Of a stretch of DNA of 64,000 nt, positions 50,223 to 63,350 are shown piece by piece. Both the position numbers and the translations under genes were made by a program. Position 1 is the first letter of the stretch, and each line of letters begins with the position of its first letter. Source of the DNA: Octopus sinensis (taxonomy: Eukaryota); the NCBI RefSeq assembly GCF_006345805.1, contig NC_043024.1, forward strand, positions 7,936,001 to 8,000,000. The letters are read 5' to 3'. Under the pieces are notes generated by a model, which saw nothing but the letters and a program-made list of their open reading frames with translations, was not told where the DNA came from and searched no databases.

Positions 50223-50979
50223 AAATAACTTATAAGACAAAGATCCCTTGAAAGTGAAGGGTGAATTGGAGGAGGTGATCTTGTGTCAGCTGATGAAAGG
50301 TTAGAGTGTGACAGAGAGACAGAAACAGGTGTGTTGCTGTGGAGGAGTTACATGGTTACTCAGCCAGAGAGAGGGAGCGTGTCTGATGAAGGATGAGGAC
50401 AGAAACAGGTGTGTGCTGCTGTAAAGGAGATAAATGGTTAACTATCCTGAGGGAAGAGTAAGAGAAGGAAAGAGAGAGCAGGAGAGAGAGATGGTGGTGA
50501 ATTAGATTTAAATTGTAGAAAGACTATGTTCTGACATCATTGCAGTAATTTCTCAGTCAGTTAATCAAAGCTGTGGTTATTGTGTGTGTGTGTGTGTAAT
50601 AAATGTTTTGTTAATTATTGCATATTGTGCTTGATGTCAGCACCCAAAAGGGTCATACTGACTATAGAAGTGTACCAACTGTTGATATATTTATTTTTGT
50701 CTGGCAAATACCATTTGATATTCCCTATCACCTCTGCTATTGCTTTTTTCTTTTTTTTGTCTCTCTCTCTCTTGCTGGAGATATTTCACTCTTCTTTCTC
50801 TGTCTGTCTGTCCGTCGCTCTCTCTTGCTCATGAGATTTTCCTTTCTCTTTCACATTCTTTTTACTTGTATGTGTGTATGCATGAATGTGTGTGTATGTC
50901 TGTATGTGTGAATGTATATATAAATGTTTGTGTATGTATGTATATGCATGCTTATGTATGTCTGGATGAACATATATAT

Positions 50980-51298
50980 ATATATATGCAATAGGTGAAT
51001 GATGGTATGTATATATGAATATCTGTGTGTGTGTATATATATATGCAATAGGTGAATGATGGTATGTATATATGAATATCTGTGTGTGTGTATATATATA
51101 TGCAATAGGTGAATGATGGTATGTATATATGAATATCTGTGTGTGTGTATATATATATGCAATAGGTGAATGATGGTATGTATATATGAATATCTGTGTG
51201 TGTGTATATATATATGCAATAGGTGAATGATGGTATGTATATATGAATATCTGTGTGTGTGTGTATATATATATATGCAATACGTGAACGATGGTATG

Positions 51299-51334
<36 letters not shown>

Positions 51335-51370
51335 ATATGGGAATGATGGTATATATATATATATGGATAT

Positions 51371-51411
<41 letters not shown>

Positions 51412-51430
51412 CAATAGGTGAATGATGGCA
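50980..51430. repeat. 57-bp minisatellite, about 8 units
   Basis: GCAATAGGTGAATGATGG at 50988, 51045, 51102, 51159 and 51216; variants at 51277, 51332 and 51411. Confidence 0.95.
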
Positions 51431-51615
51431 TGTATATATGAATATCTGTGTGTGTATGTATGTATATATATATATATATATATCCATTTAACCCTGTATA
51501 TAAACCAGTGAAATAATATTTGTGACTTCACTCGAAAGTTATATTGCTACTGTGCATGGTAATGAAGATAAGGTCGTACTGATAGCCTGGTAACTGGAGT
51601 TGCTGCTCTACTGAC

Positions 51616-51684
<69 letters not shown>

Positions 51685-51727
51685 TTCATCTTTATACATT
51701 GACACAATCTCTAGAATTAAATTACAG

Positions 51728-52125
51728 TGTAAAACAGGGGGTGGGGCGATATGAGCGAAACAGTGCCGGGTCGGGTCACAGTGGGGGGTAAGGTGCTGAG
51801 CTGAAAAAAAGTGACTACCAGCAAAAGAGCTGGAGCTTGTTGGTTGTGGTTGTGTGCGGAGGAGTGAGGTAGTAGCTGTGGCAGAAGTAGGCCAAAGACT
51901 TGGGCGGGCTTGGAGGTAGACTAAGTTAGACCATAGCAGACGAGGAGGACGGCCGACGGAAGGTAGGAGTAGCAGAGCGGTACGAGTTAGACCTCGCTGA
52001 GATGTAATAACAAAGGAAAGACCTTTGACTGCTGTTTGGTATTAAACCCAGGATAGCGCGGAAGGAAGGAATGTTTTGGTCTTAAGAGCGAAGTAAAGCT
52101 AACAAAGGCATGCGTATGTACAAAT
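51728..52125 (+). mobile_element. Possible solo LTR
   Basis: GC-rich unique island starting TGTAA, with ATTAAA near 52041 and ACA ends near 52103-52121; no TSD found. Confidence 0.25.
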
Positions 52126-52569
52126 CCTAAAAGTACAATTGTATTTCCGTTTAAACAATCTTGCTGTGTGTGTCTCCTTTGTGCGTGTGTATATGTTTAA
52201 AGAAACTCAGCCTGTGGTTAGAAGTTTTTGTTTTTTTTTATATATATATATATATATATCTCGTTTCAGTCGTAGGACTGTGGTGGTCATGCTGGAGCAC
52301 CGTGGAAAGTTTTTTAGTCGAACAAATTGACCCCAGTATTTTTTCTTTCACTTTTTTTTTTTTTAGTGTGGTGTTTATTCCTGTTGGTGTTTTGCGTAAC
52401 TGCTAAGGTTAGTCACACGAACATAAACTAACACCTGTTTTCAAGTGGTGGAGGAGAGACACATACAAATACACATAGGAATACCTGCATATACACAAAC
52501 ACACACACACACACACACAAGTGTATATATGTCATCATCATCATCGTGTATATATATATATAATATAGA

Positions 52570-52920
52570 ATAAATGTGCCCTTTTTAAAGCCTAGCCAGG
52601 CTCATGGGCCCGGTTTCCAGGTTTCTGTGGCGTATGTGTTCCCCAGCTGGATGGGACACCAGTCCATCGCAGAAAATTAAATGCACCCTTTTAAAGCCTA
52701 GCCAGGCTCATGGGCCCGGTTTCCCGGTTTCTGTAGCGTATGTGTTCCCCACCTGGACAGGACCCCAGTCCATCGCAGCGTTACTCATTTTTGCCAGCTG
52801 AGTGGACTGGAGCAGTGTGAAATGAAGTGTTTTGCTTGAGAACACGTGCCACCCAGTCCAGGAATCGAAACCACAATCTTACGATCATGATGCTGACACC
52901 CTTACCACTAAGCCACGCGC
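52570..52920 (-). mobile_element. Family V SINE with a duplicated tail (about 106 bp)
   Basis: Two copies of AAATG(T/C)(G/A)CCCTTTT...AGCCAGGCTCATGGGCCCGG. Confidence 0.75.
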
Positions 52921-53246
52921 CTCCACACACACACACACACATCATCATCATCATCATCATCGATGTATATATATATATATATATATATATCTTACAGACT
53001 TATACACACAGTCTATTACCAAATTCAATCTCCTGCATTGTTTACTCATTTGCCGCAGGTGCTGTGCAGTGAGTTTGAACCTGATATCAGACGGTTGCAA
53101 AGTGAGCTTTTGAACCACACAGCCCTGCCTGCTTCTAAACCACATACTTTCCTGCTTTTAAACCTTTTTGCTCTGCCTGTCAAGAGTCTTTCCCCATTGA
53201 TTCCTGTAATTTGATGTGAATCCCGGGAATTTTAAGAGTATAAACA

Positions 53247-53648
53247 TAGGCGCAGGAGTGGCTGTGTGGTAAGTAGCTTGTTTACCAACCTCATGGTTCA
53301 GGGTTCAGTCCCACTGCGTGGCACCTTGGGCAAGTGTCTTCTACTATAGCCTCGGGCCGACCAAAGCCTTGTGAGTGGATTTGGTAGACGGAAACTGAAA
53401 GAAGCCCGTCGTATATATGTATATATATGTGTGCGTGTATGTTTGTGTTTGTCCCTCTAGCATTGCTTGACAACCGATGCTGGTGTGTTTATGTCCCCGT
53501 CACCTAGCGGTTCGGCAAAAGAGACCAATAGAATAAGTACTGGGCTTACAAAAGAATAAGTCCCGGGGTCGAGCTGCTCGATTAAAGGCAGTGCTGCAGC
53601 ATGGCCACAGTCAAATGACTGAAACAAGTAAAAGAGAGTAAAAGAGTA
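53247..53648 (+). mobile_element. SINE K, full-length
   Basis: Intact head and tail; inverted partner at 56618-57030. Confidence 0.9.
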
Positions 53649-55989
53649 TAGGAATGTGATGTTTTCTATTTTTCTGAGGGGGTGGGCAGGTCATTAAATC
53701 GTTTCCATCGTAGTTTTGGGGTGACAAATTTAAGGAGAAAAGTTACATAAATCAATTTCATGTATGTCAGTATTTGACCAGGTGTGAAGGGGCATGGCTC
53801 AGTGGTTAGAGTGTTGGGCTCACAATCAAGAGGTAGTGAGTTCAATTTCTAGGCTGGGCTGTGTGTTGTGTTCTTGAGCAAGACAGGGAGAGGCTCATTG
53901 ATTCCATTGACCCAGTGTTTGATTTATTCTCGATTTTATCAACCTTGGTAGGATGAAAGGCAAAGGCAACAGTTGATTGTATGAGGATTTGAGCTCAAAA
54001 TATGAAACAAGCTGTGGTTAAGAGGCTTGCTTCCCAAACCTGTGATTCTGGGTTCAGTCCTAATGCGAGGCACCTTAGAATCGAACTTTTTTGAGTTGAA
54101 CTGTGTCTGTTAATGTGTTGAAGTTTATTAGTAGGTTGCTCGACCTGCTTGAAATAGCAGCCAAATTCCCCTCATATCACAGTGATGTCTTAGCCCCTTA
54201 GTGTTCAGATTATTCCATCAAACATAATGCTTATTGATTCCCATTGATTTGAATTAATCATGCATTATCTCATATCTTCAAGATCTTGATGGTGTAATTA
54301 CTTAATTTAGAATAGCATTGTAGGGTAGGTGTGAGAGCCTGGATCTGGTCAGTTTGAACATAAAACAGGTTAAATATTTTGGCCGAATATGGCCGGTTTA
54401 GATACTAAAGGGTTAAAAGAAATCTTTGTCTCTGTCACTCAGCCTGCTAGAATATGCTTCCTTAACCCTTTAGCATTTAAACCAGCCATGTCCTACCAAA
54501 ATATTCTACCTTGTTCAAACTGGCCAGATCTAACTTCTTATACCAACTCTACAATATCATTCTAACAAATTAACAGTTACCTCATCAAAATCTCATAACC
54601 ACAAAATAAGGCATGATTAAATCAAAACAATCATCATCATCATCGTTTAACGTCTGCTTTCCATGCTAGCATGGGTTGGACGGTGCAACTGGGGTCTGGG
54701 AAGCCAGAAGGCTGCACCAGGCTCCAATCTTGATCTGGCAATGTTTCTACAGCTGGATGCCCTTCCTAACGCCAACCACTCCGTGAGTGTAGTGGGTGCT
54801 TTTTATGTGCCAGTCGAGGCTGGCAAACGACCACGATCGGATGGTGCTTTTTATGTGCCACCGGCACGGAGGCCAGTCAGGGCGGCGCTGGCTACGGCCA
54901 CGTTCGGATGGTTCTCTAGCTACAAATTCCATTGATGTTGCTCAATTGTGATTTTGATTTTCAACAATGTGAATAAAAAAAAAAGCATTATTTTTGACAG
55001 AATAATGCGACTGCTAAAGAGTTAACCCTTTCGTTACCGTATTTATTTTTGAGATGCTCTGTGTTTCTTTCAATTAATTTTAGATATAACAAAGAATTTA
55101 GTAAAATAACTTAGTTATCATTAAGCTAGTGTTAGGGACATAAATTGTGACTAAGGTTTGGTGGAAGATTTTAATCCAAAACTTATGAAAACAAGACATT
55201 TGTACTCAGAGCCAGAGCCGGGTTAGTAACAAAAGGGTTAAACCAGCCAGATTGAGCTCAAAATGTTCAAACTGATCGGATCTGACCTCTCACACCTACC
55301 CAACAATGTCATTCAAAAAGAAAAGCTGCAAAATAATGCATGATTAACAATGTGAATGAATGGAGATTAATCTGAGGGCTAATGGGTTAATGCCCATCCT
55401 GTTATTTGTGTTGAGCCGGTGACAACCTTCTTTATGATTTATTCAAAGCGTTTAAATATATCTTTGTCACTGATATACCATTATCAATTTGAAGTAAAAG
55501 CCTAGTTTCATAATCGCCTCCTCTCTCCTGCACACCTCCACAAAAGAAAGATTTCTTCACACCCACCTCCTCCAACTCATACCTACTGAGATGGGAGCAG
55601 AAGTGAAGGCTTTAGTGACAGTTTAATTACCCCTTTTATTCAGAATGTTTGGTCAATTGGTAGTTTGATCCCCCTTATCAAGTATGGTATAATTTAGGTA
55701 GAGGGACAGTTAAATTTAGGGGGAAGGGGAAAAGCTTTGCCCTTTAGCACTTGAAAAATATTCGTAGTTGCCTGCCTAATTAGCTATATAAATTATAGCT
55801 TTAAATATGTACCATTTCATTATACAATGTGTGTCTGAGCTATCATGAAAGCCTCTTCTCTGTCTGGTCCAGTGGAACCTGTATTCTCAATGTTTTGTGA
55901 TCTCCTCATTTGCTGTGCTCCTTTCTCGAATTTCCTCACTCCAGATATGCTCCCATAATGATATGCTCCCTAATTCCTAGCATGGACCA

Positions 55990-56196
55990 TTCCATGGCCC
56001 TTTGTGTTGTGACAGTCAAGGCTGATCTGGAACCCGCCCCCATATCTACGGCGTTTGCCGCTGGAATAGGGAGTGGTTGGAGATCACGCGGTCATTAGCC
56101 TCAGATCGGCAGGTTTGGTCAGCGTTTGTGAGAGATGCAGCATTGAGGATGGATGAAACCAGCTCAACCCACCCCGGGTGAATGCTGTCTCAAGTC
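55990..56196 (+). mobile_element. LINE (RTE-like) 3' end with (CAAGT)n tail
   Basis: Reverse complement matches 59265-59420. Confidence 0.7.
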
Positions 56197-57444
56197 AAGT
56201 CAAGATGTCTCACTTGCATATAAAGAGCATGGGTAGGATGGTGCCATTGAAGCCTGCCTAATAGGATAAAGATACAGTCCCCTTACAAAAAGACGGGATG
56301 GTCATGACTGGAATGCCTTTGATTGTAGGTCTGCTTCATGAGGACTGACATGGGTTTAACCAGTAACAACAATACTGTGTTGTACCACGTCCGAGAGAGG
56401 AGGGTACAATTTTCAACTTGTTTACTGCTGGTAATGCTACCTGCAGAATGACTAGGTAATCAAAGCTTTGTGAATGGATTTGGTAGACGGAAACTGAAAG
56501 AAGCCTCTCGTGTGCATGTATGTGTCTGTTTGCCCTTTCCCCCACCATTTGACAACTGGTGTTGGTGTGTTTACATTCACATGATGTAGTGGTTTGGCAA
56601 AAGAGACCAATACAATACTCTTTACTCTTTTACATGTTTCAGTCATTTGACTGCGGCCATGCTGGAGCATCGCCTTTAATCAAGCAACTCGACCCTGGGA
56701 CTTATTCTTTGTAAGCCCAGTACTTATTCTATCGGTCTCTTTTGCTGAACCGCTAAGTGACGGGGACATAAACGCACCACATCGGTTGTCAAGCAATGTT
56801 GGATGGGACCAACACAGACACGCAAACATACACACACACACACGTATATATATATATACATATATACAACGAGCTTCTTTCAGTTTTCGTCTACCAAATC
56901 CACTCACAAGGCTTTGGTCAGCCCGAGGCTATAGTAGAAGACACTTGCTCAAGGTGCCACGCAGTGGGATTGAACCCGGAACCATGTGGTTGGTAAGCAA
57001 GCTACTTACCACACAGCCACTCCTGCGCCTTTTAAGTACCAGGCTTTAAAAAAAAAATCAAAAAATGTACTGCGATTGATTGATTCGATGAATAATTCTT
57101 CAAGGCAGTGCCCCAGCATGGCCACAAGTCAAGGGACAAACAAGTAATAGATAAAAGGTAAAACATATACATATATGCATTAATGTCTTTTTTCTTTTGT
57201 GTTCAATTAATGGTAATTTCCTTAGTCAGCTGACGTAGAATCAAAGAGATTCATCTATGAAGAATGGGTCTGATGGAAAAATTCAGTTCCCAGACAGTAT
57301 ATAACAATAGACACAAAGTAGATAGTAGTCATTACCAAGACCTGTAGTTTCAGCTACCGTTAGCGGTATATCGGTTCTGTATTGGTGTGATATAGGTTTT
57401 AGCGTTAGACTGTTGGAATATGGTGGTTTTGATGTCATCACTGG

Positions 57445-57988
57445 TGGTCATTGTTCACACTGAATTGTATATACGCATGCATACACACGTGTATGCGTGC
57501 GTATATAGGTGTGTTTGTGTGCATGTGTAGGTGTCTATATGCATGCATGTATGTGTGTATAGGTGTGTGTGCACGTGTGTACATACATGCATATGAATAT
57601 ATATGTATATATATGTATATATGTATATGTATGTAGGTATATGTATGTATATATGTATGTATGTATATATGTATGTATGTATATATGTATGTATGTATAT
57701 GTATGTATATATGTATATGTATGTATGTATATATATGTATATGTATATATATATGTGTATGTATGTATGTATGTATGTATGTATGTATGTATATATGTAT
57801 ATATATATGTATGTATGTATAATATATATATATGTATATATATATATGTATGTATGTATAATATATATGTATGTATATATATATATGTATGTATGTATAA
57901 TATATATGTATAATATATATATATGTATGTATAATATATATGTATAATATATATATATGTATGTATAGTATATATATATGTATGTATA

Positions 57989-58064
<76 letters not shown>

Positions 58065-58085
58065 GTCTCTATATGTCTCTATATA
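57445..58085. repeat. (TATG)/(TA)/(GT) compound microsatellite
   Basis: Direct inspection. Confidence 0.95.
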
Positions 58086-58567
58086 CACACATAGAAATCA
58101 ATAATGTCAGTCTTATCACCACCTTCGATCCCCACACCCACCCTCTGCTCTATTCTCTTCTATTAGCAATGTCGTACTATAAGCATTAGAATGTTCTATA
58201 TATTCAACAGCAGTGTAGTCGTAGCTGACACATAGTAATCATGCATTACTGATTTTTACCATTCCAATCTATTCAGTTCTTAGCAGTCTTTTTCATTCTA
58301 GCCATTTTAACGAGCCATTTACATTTTACTGATGGCATCACAATGGTCTGTTGACAACATAGCTGTTGAGCTGTTGTTGTTATTGTTGTTGTTGGTGTTG
58401 TTATATATAGCCCCTATTTTAGCACTGTTGAGCACACAATCCTATAATTAAAGGGTTTTTTTATTTGTGTTTTTTTCTTTTTTTGGGAGGTGGTATAATG
58501 TATCCAGAACTAAATTAGCCAGTGTGTGCCCCGCCCCTTAAAAAAAAAAAACAGTATCTTTTATTTT

Positions 58568-59223
58568 TTAACCCTTTCGTTACTGTATTTATTTTGAGAT
58601 GCTCCGTGTTTCTTTAAATTATTTAAAATATAACAATGAATTTAGTAGAATAACTTATCATTAAGCTAGTGTTAGGAACATAAATTGTGACAAAGGTTTG
58701 GTGGAAGATTTTAATTCAGAACTTTTGAAAACAAGACATTTGTACTACAGAGCCAGAGACCGTTTCAGCCAGGTTGGTATCAAAAGGGTTAAATATAATA
58801 AAGAATTTAGTAAAATAACTTAGTTATCGTTAGCTAGTGTTAGGAACATAAATTGCAACTAAGGTTTGGTGGTATATTTTAATGAAAAACTTATGAAAAC
58901 AAGACATTTATACTACAGAGCCAGAGCTGGTTTTGGCCGGGTTGGTAACGAAAGGGTTAATTGTTTCAGCTGTTGGTTTGTGGCCATGCTGAGGTACTGC
59001 CTTAACCCTTTTGTTACTGTATTTATTTTGAGATGCTCTGTATTTCTTTCAATTACTTCAAATATAACAAAGAATTTAGTAAAATAACTTAGTTATCATT
59101 CAGCTAGTGTTAGGAACATAAATTGTGACTAAGGTTTGGTGGAAGATTTTAATTCAAAACTTATGAAAACAAGACATTTGTAGCCAGAGCCAGTTTCAGC
59201 CGGGTTGGTAACAAAGGAGTTAA
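58568..59223 (+). mobile_element. MITE P1 cluster: full copy, partial tandem copy, second full copy
   Basis: TTAA ends at 58568-58792, 58960 and 59002-59223. Confidence 0.85.
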
Positions 59224-59264
59224 AGAGTTTTAGTTGTACAAATTAAACCTTCTTCTTCTTCTTA

Positions 59265-59700
59265 CAGCATTCACCCGGGGTGGGTTGAGCTGGCTTCATT
59301 CATCCTCAATGCTGCATCTCTCACAAACGCCGACCAGGCCTGGCGATTTGAGGTTAACGACTGCGTGATCTCCAACCACTCCTTATTCCAGCGGTGAACG
59401 CCGTAGATATGGGGGCCTAGGTTGGGTTCCAGGTCAGCCTTGACTGTCATCAGCCAGGTTTTTCGTTGTCCACCACATCGCTTTCGCCAACCCTGAAGGG
59501 GAGCTGGGGCAATTGCTTCATAGGTTGGGTTCCAGATCAGCCTTGACCATCATCAGCCAGGTTTTTCGTTGTCCACCACATCACTTTCACCAACCCTGAA
59601 GGGGAGCTGGGGCAATTGCTTGGTAGATGAATTCCCCTGGTTGACGACAGAGGGCATGACCCCAGCCAACGCAGACATCTTGTTAGGATGACTTGTCACA
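59265..59700 (-). mobile_element. LINE (RTE-like) 3' end with an internal about 103-bp duplication
   Basis: TAGGTTGGGTTCCAG.TCAGCCTTGAC... occurs at about 59418 and 59521. Confidence 0.7.
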
Positions 59701-60417
59701 CATGTACAAATTAACCCTAGTACTTATTTTTCTGTTTTTAAACTGTGGTACTTGCCAATCACTGTTGCTTACAGGGGTGCAAACAAACAAACATCAGTTG
59801 TCAAGTGGTTGTGAGTCGGGGAGAAACAACGCATAATGCATATATAACTGGTGCTCTTTCACTTATAATGATGAGTGTTACAGGTGATCCAATTAATGCA
59901 ACACCCTGCATGTGAAATTAACATGCAGGTGGTTGAGTACTCCACGAACATGCATGCCCTTAATGTAGTTCTCGGAGAGATTCAGTTTGACACAGAATGT
60001 GACAAGGCTGGGCCTTTAAAATACAGGTACAACCCTTTTTTGCCTGCTTAGTGGACTGGAGCAATGTGAAATAAAGTGTCTTGCTCAAGGACACGCCATG
60101 CTGCCAGGAATCAAACTCACAACCTTACAATCCTGAGCTGAATACCCTAACCACTACGCCATGCACCTTCACTGCAAATTCTACCAAAATCGCTCAAAAG
60201 GTATTGTTAAACCAGGGGTTATAGTTGAAGATGCCCAAGGTGCCATGCTGTGGGACTGAACCTGAAACCAGGTGGTTGCAAAGTGAGTTTCTAAACCACA
60301 CGACCATGCCTGCATCTAACCCTTTTTTTTTTGCTTTGTTTTCTAAGGTGGCATAATATACCCAGGACTACATTAGCCAATATGAACTCACTTTTTTTTT
60401 TTAAAGCCAGTTATTTT

Positions 60418-60629
60418 CAGGGCTATGGAGTCAGTCGGGAACAAGTAAGGGGTAGTTGGAGTCAGTAAAACTATACTGACTCCGACTCACAATATCTTTA
60501 TTCTTTAATATAAACCAGTTATAACATATAGGGCCTTCTCAAAGAGATATGTAAACCACAATGACTGAGTCAGAGGTGTCAATAGTAGAGCAATCGGAGT
60601 CAGTGTTTTGTTTCGACTTCACAGCCCTC
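60418..60629 (+). mobile_element. Degenerate hAT-like MITE
   Basis: TIR CAGGGCTATGGAGTC / GACTTCACAGCCCT; no TSD visible. Confidence 0.45.
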
Positions 60630-60905
60630 TGGTTGAGTCAAAAGTGCTTTGGCTGCTATTTCTAGCAATTCAAGTAGCCACATAGGCTCCCTCATTGGTT
60701 TGCAGTTTCCATAGTTATGAATGGTGTGTAACTATATTTAACCATCACAATGATTTGAGGTCAGTGTACTTCTATCATAAAATAGGTCTGCTAGCATTTA
60801 GATGTTTTGTGTCATTCTAACTATTGGAATGGAATAGTGCATTGCCACCTTATCATTGTGTTGGTACTGTTTTATTTTTTTTTCCTCTTTTTAACCATCA
60901 AAACA

Positions 60906-60973
60906 ATGCTGTCAAATCATCAGAATGGTTCCAATTATCTTAATGGTGTTGTTATAATTGTTTTAGCCATCAG
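60906..60973 (+). CDS. Candidate alternative first coding exon (MLSNHQNGSNYLNGVVIIVLAI, phase 2)
   Basis: AAACAATG context, open frame, CAG|GTCAGT donor at 60974. Confidence 0.25.
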
Positions 60974-61431
60974 GTCAGTGTAGTAATGTTTTTTAAAATT
61001 GGGTCAAGTTTTTTGGTTTCACAATCGCCATCATTAATGCCTACTGCTTGATGCTTGCATGGCTCAGATAGAATTTGTTGACGTAGATTTTTCTGTGACA
61101 TGATGCCTTTCCTGTTGCTGACCACCACCCCCTGTTTGCATTGACTAATGTTTCTCCATGGTCAGACATACTATCACAGAATATTGGAAATGAATGATAC
61201 TGCTTGTATAACAGTAACACTCATATCTATCACATGATGTCATGGTAAGGAGAAAACACTCACACACACACACACACACACACACAGAGTTTTCAGTTTC
61301 TTTCTATAATATGTACCCCACAAGGCTTTGGCTTGACTGGGGCTATAGTAGAAAACACTTGCCCAAGGTGGGACTGAACCTGAAACCACATGGTTGCAAT
61401 ATTAACATCTTAACCACATAGGCATGCCTAC

Positions 61432-61802
61432 ATCTCTATATATATAAACGGCTATATGTCTGTCTGTGTGTGTGTCCTTTATACAAATCCACAATTTTTC
61501 AGTTAGAGGGCTCGCACTTTCTATGGTCATTCAAAACCGTCCAAGGGTGGTCGTGCACATCTTTACATTTCCCCAGTCACCCCGCAAAGCAATTAAAAAA
61601 ACTCATTAGAAGTGACTTTTTTGTGAATTTTCTATCCAAAACCCAATCAAAATGTCTGAAACTTGATACGCCAATTGAATGCTAGCTAGCTGTATGTGAT
61701 TGGTCAGAGATTTGGACAGTACTTGCATGTATGTGCGCACGCACACAGCTGTATATGCATGCACTAGCACTATGACCCGGTGTTGCTTGGTCATAGTGCT
61801 AG
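61432..61802 (+). mobile_element. Non-autonomous Helitron family H4
   Basis: 5' ATCTCTATATATAAACGGC, 3' GACCCGG...GGTC hairpin and GCTAG|T. Confidence 0.7.
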
Positions 61803-62579
61803 TATATATATAAATAAATAAACATAAGCACCCACTACACTCACGGAGTGGTTGGCGTTAGGAAGGGCATCCAGCCGTAGAAACACTGCCAGATTTGACT
61901 GGGCCCGATGAAGCCTTCTGGCTTCACAGACCCCAGTAGAACCGTCCAACCCATGCTAGCATGGAAAACGGACGCTAAATGATGATGATGATGATGATGA
62001 TCATTTCTGTTTTCTATGCTGGTATGGGTTGGATGGTTCGATATGAGCTGGCAAGCTGAAAGGCCACATCAAGCTCCAGTTGTCAGCTTTGGCATGGTTT
62101 CTGCGGCTGGGTGCCTTTTCTAACCCTAATCACTTTACTGAGTGTACTAGGTGCTTTTTATGTGACACCAGCTTCAGTGCTTTCTATGTGTAACAAAGAC
62201 AGGTGCTTCTTAGGTGGTACATGCATTGGTTGTTTGGTTGTTATTATATAGATAAGAATACATACAGATATAGTGCTGTGATTAATGTTAAGGTTGTCTG
62301 TGTATCATTCAGACTGGCTACACAGCCAAGGGTAATAGATTTTTTCTCTCTAGGAAAATCATAGATTTAATTAACCAAGAGGTGGTGCTAGTTGATGATG
62401 TTTATAAGCAATATTAGAAGTAATAGTGAAGTGTGTGTTTGTGGGAATTCAGCGTCGTGTAGAATGCAGTCTGGTAAGGATTGGACTGGCATGAAAGACA
62501 ACACAGTGAATCAGTCTCACACTTTGTATAAACTAGGATTAACCAAGTAATGTACATGTAATGTCCTGGATTTGTGTGT

Positions 62580-62805
62580 GTGTGTATATAGATTTATATA
62601 TATGTATATATATATTATATAATATTATAATATATATATATATATATATATATGATAGATTGCTAGCCACTACACTTTCTTTATTTTCTCTCCTTGTTTC
62701 TTTCTGTGACCGTTATACTAATACATCTGTTTGATTTACACCACCTGTCTTTGTCTTTTGTTTTTTTGTGAATTCTCACTATATACACACACACACACAT
62801 AACAC

Positions 62806-62838
<33 letters not shown>

Positions 62839-63350
62839 TATATATATACACACATATATATATACACACACATATATATATATATACACACACACACATA
62901 TATACACACACACACACATATATATACACATATGTATATATACACACACACACACATATATATACATATATATACACACACACACATATATACACACACA
63001 CACATATATACACACACACACATATATACACACACATATATATACACACACACATATGCACACACATATATATACACACACACATATATATACACACACA
63101 CATATATATACACACATATATATATACACATATATATATACACATATATATACACACACATATATATATACACACACACACATATATATACACACACACA
63201 TATACACACACACATATATATATACACATATATATACACATATATATATATATACCACACACACACATATATATACACACACACACACACATATACACAT
63301 ATATATATATATACACACATATATATATATACACACACACACATATATAC
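62580..63350. repeat. (CA)/(TA) compound microsatellite
   Basis: Direct inspection. Confidence 0.95.

Noticed and set aside
57335-57444. Coding-looking minus-strand stretch ([14 protein letters not shown]...)
   Set aside because: All three frames hit stops between the plausible splice sites.
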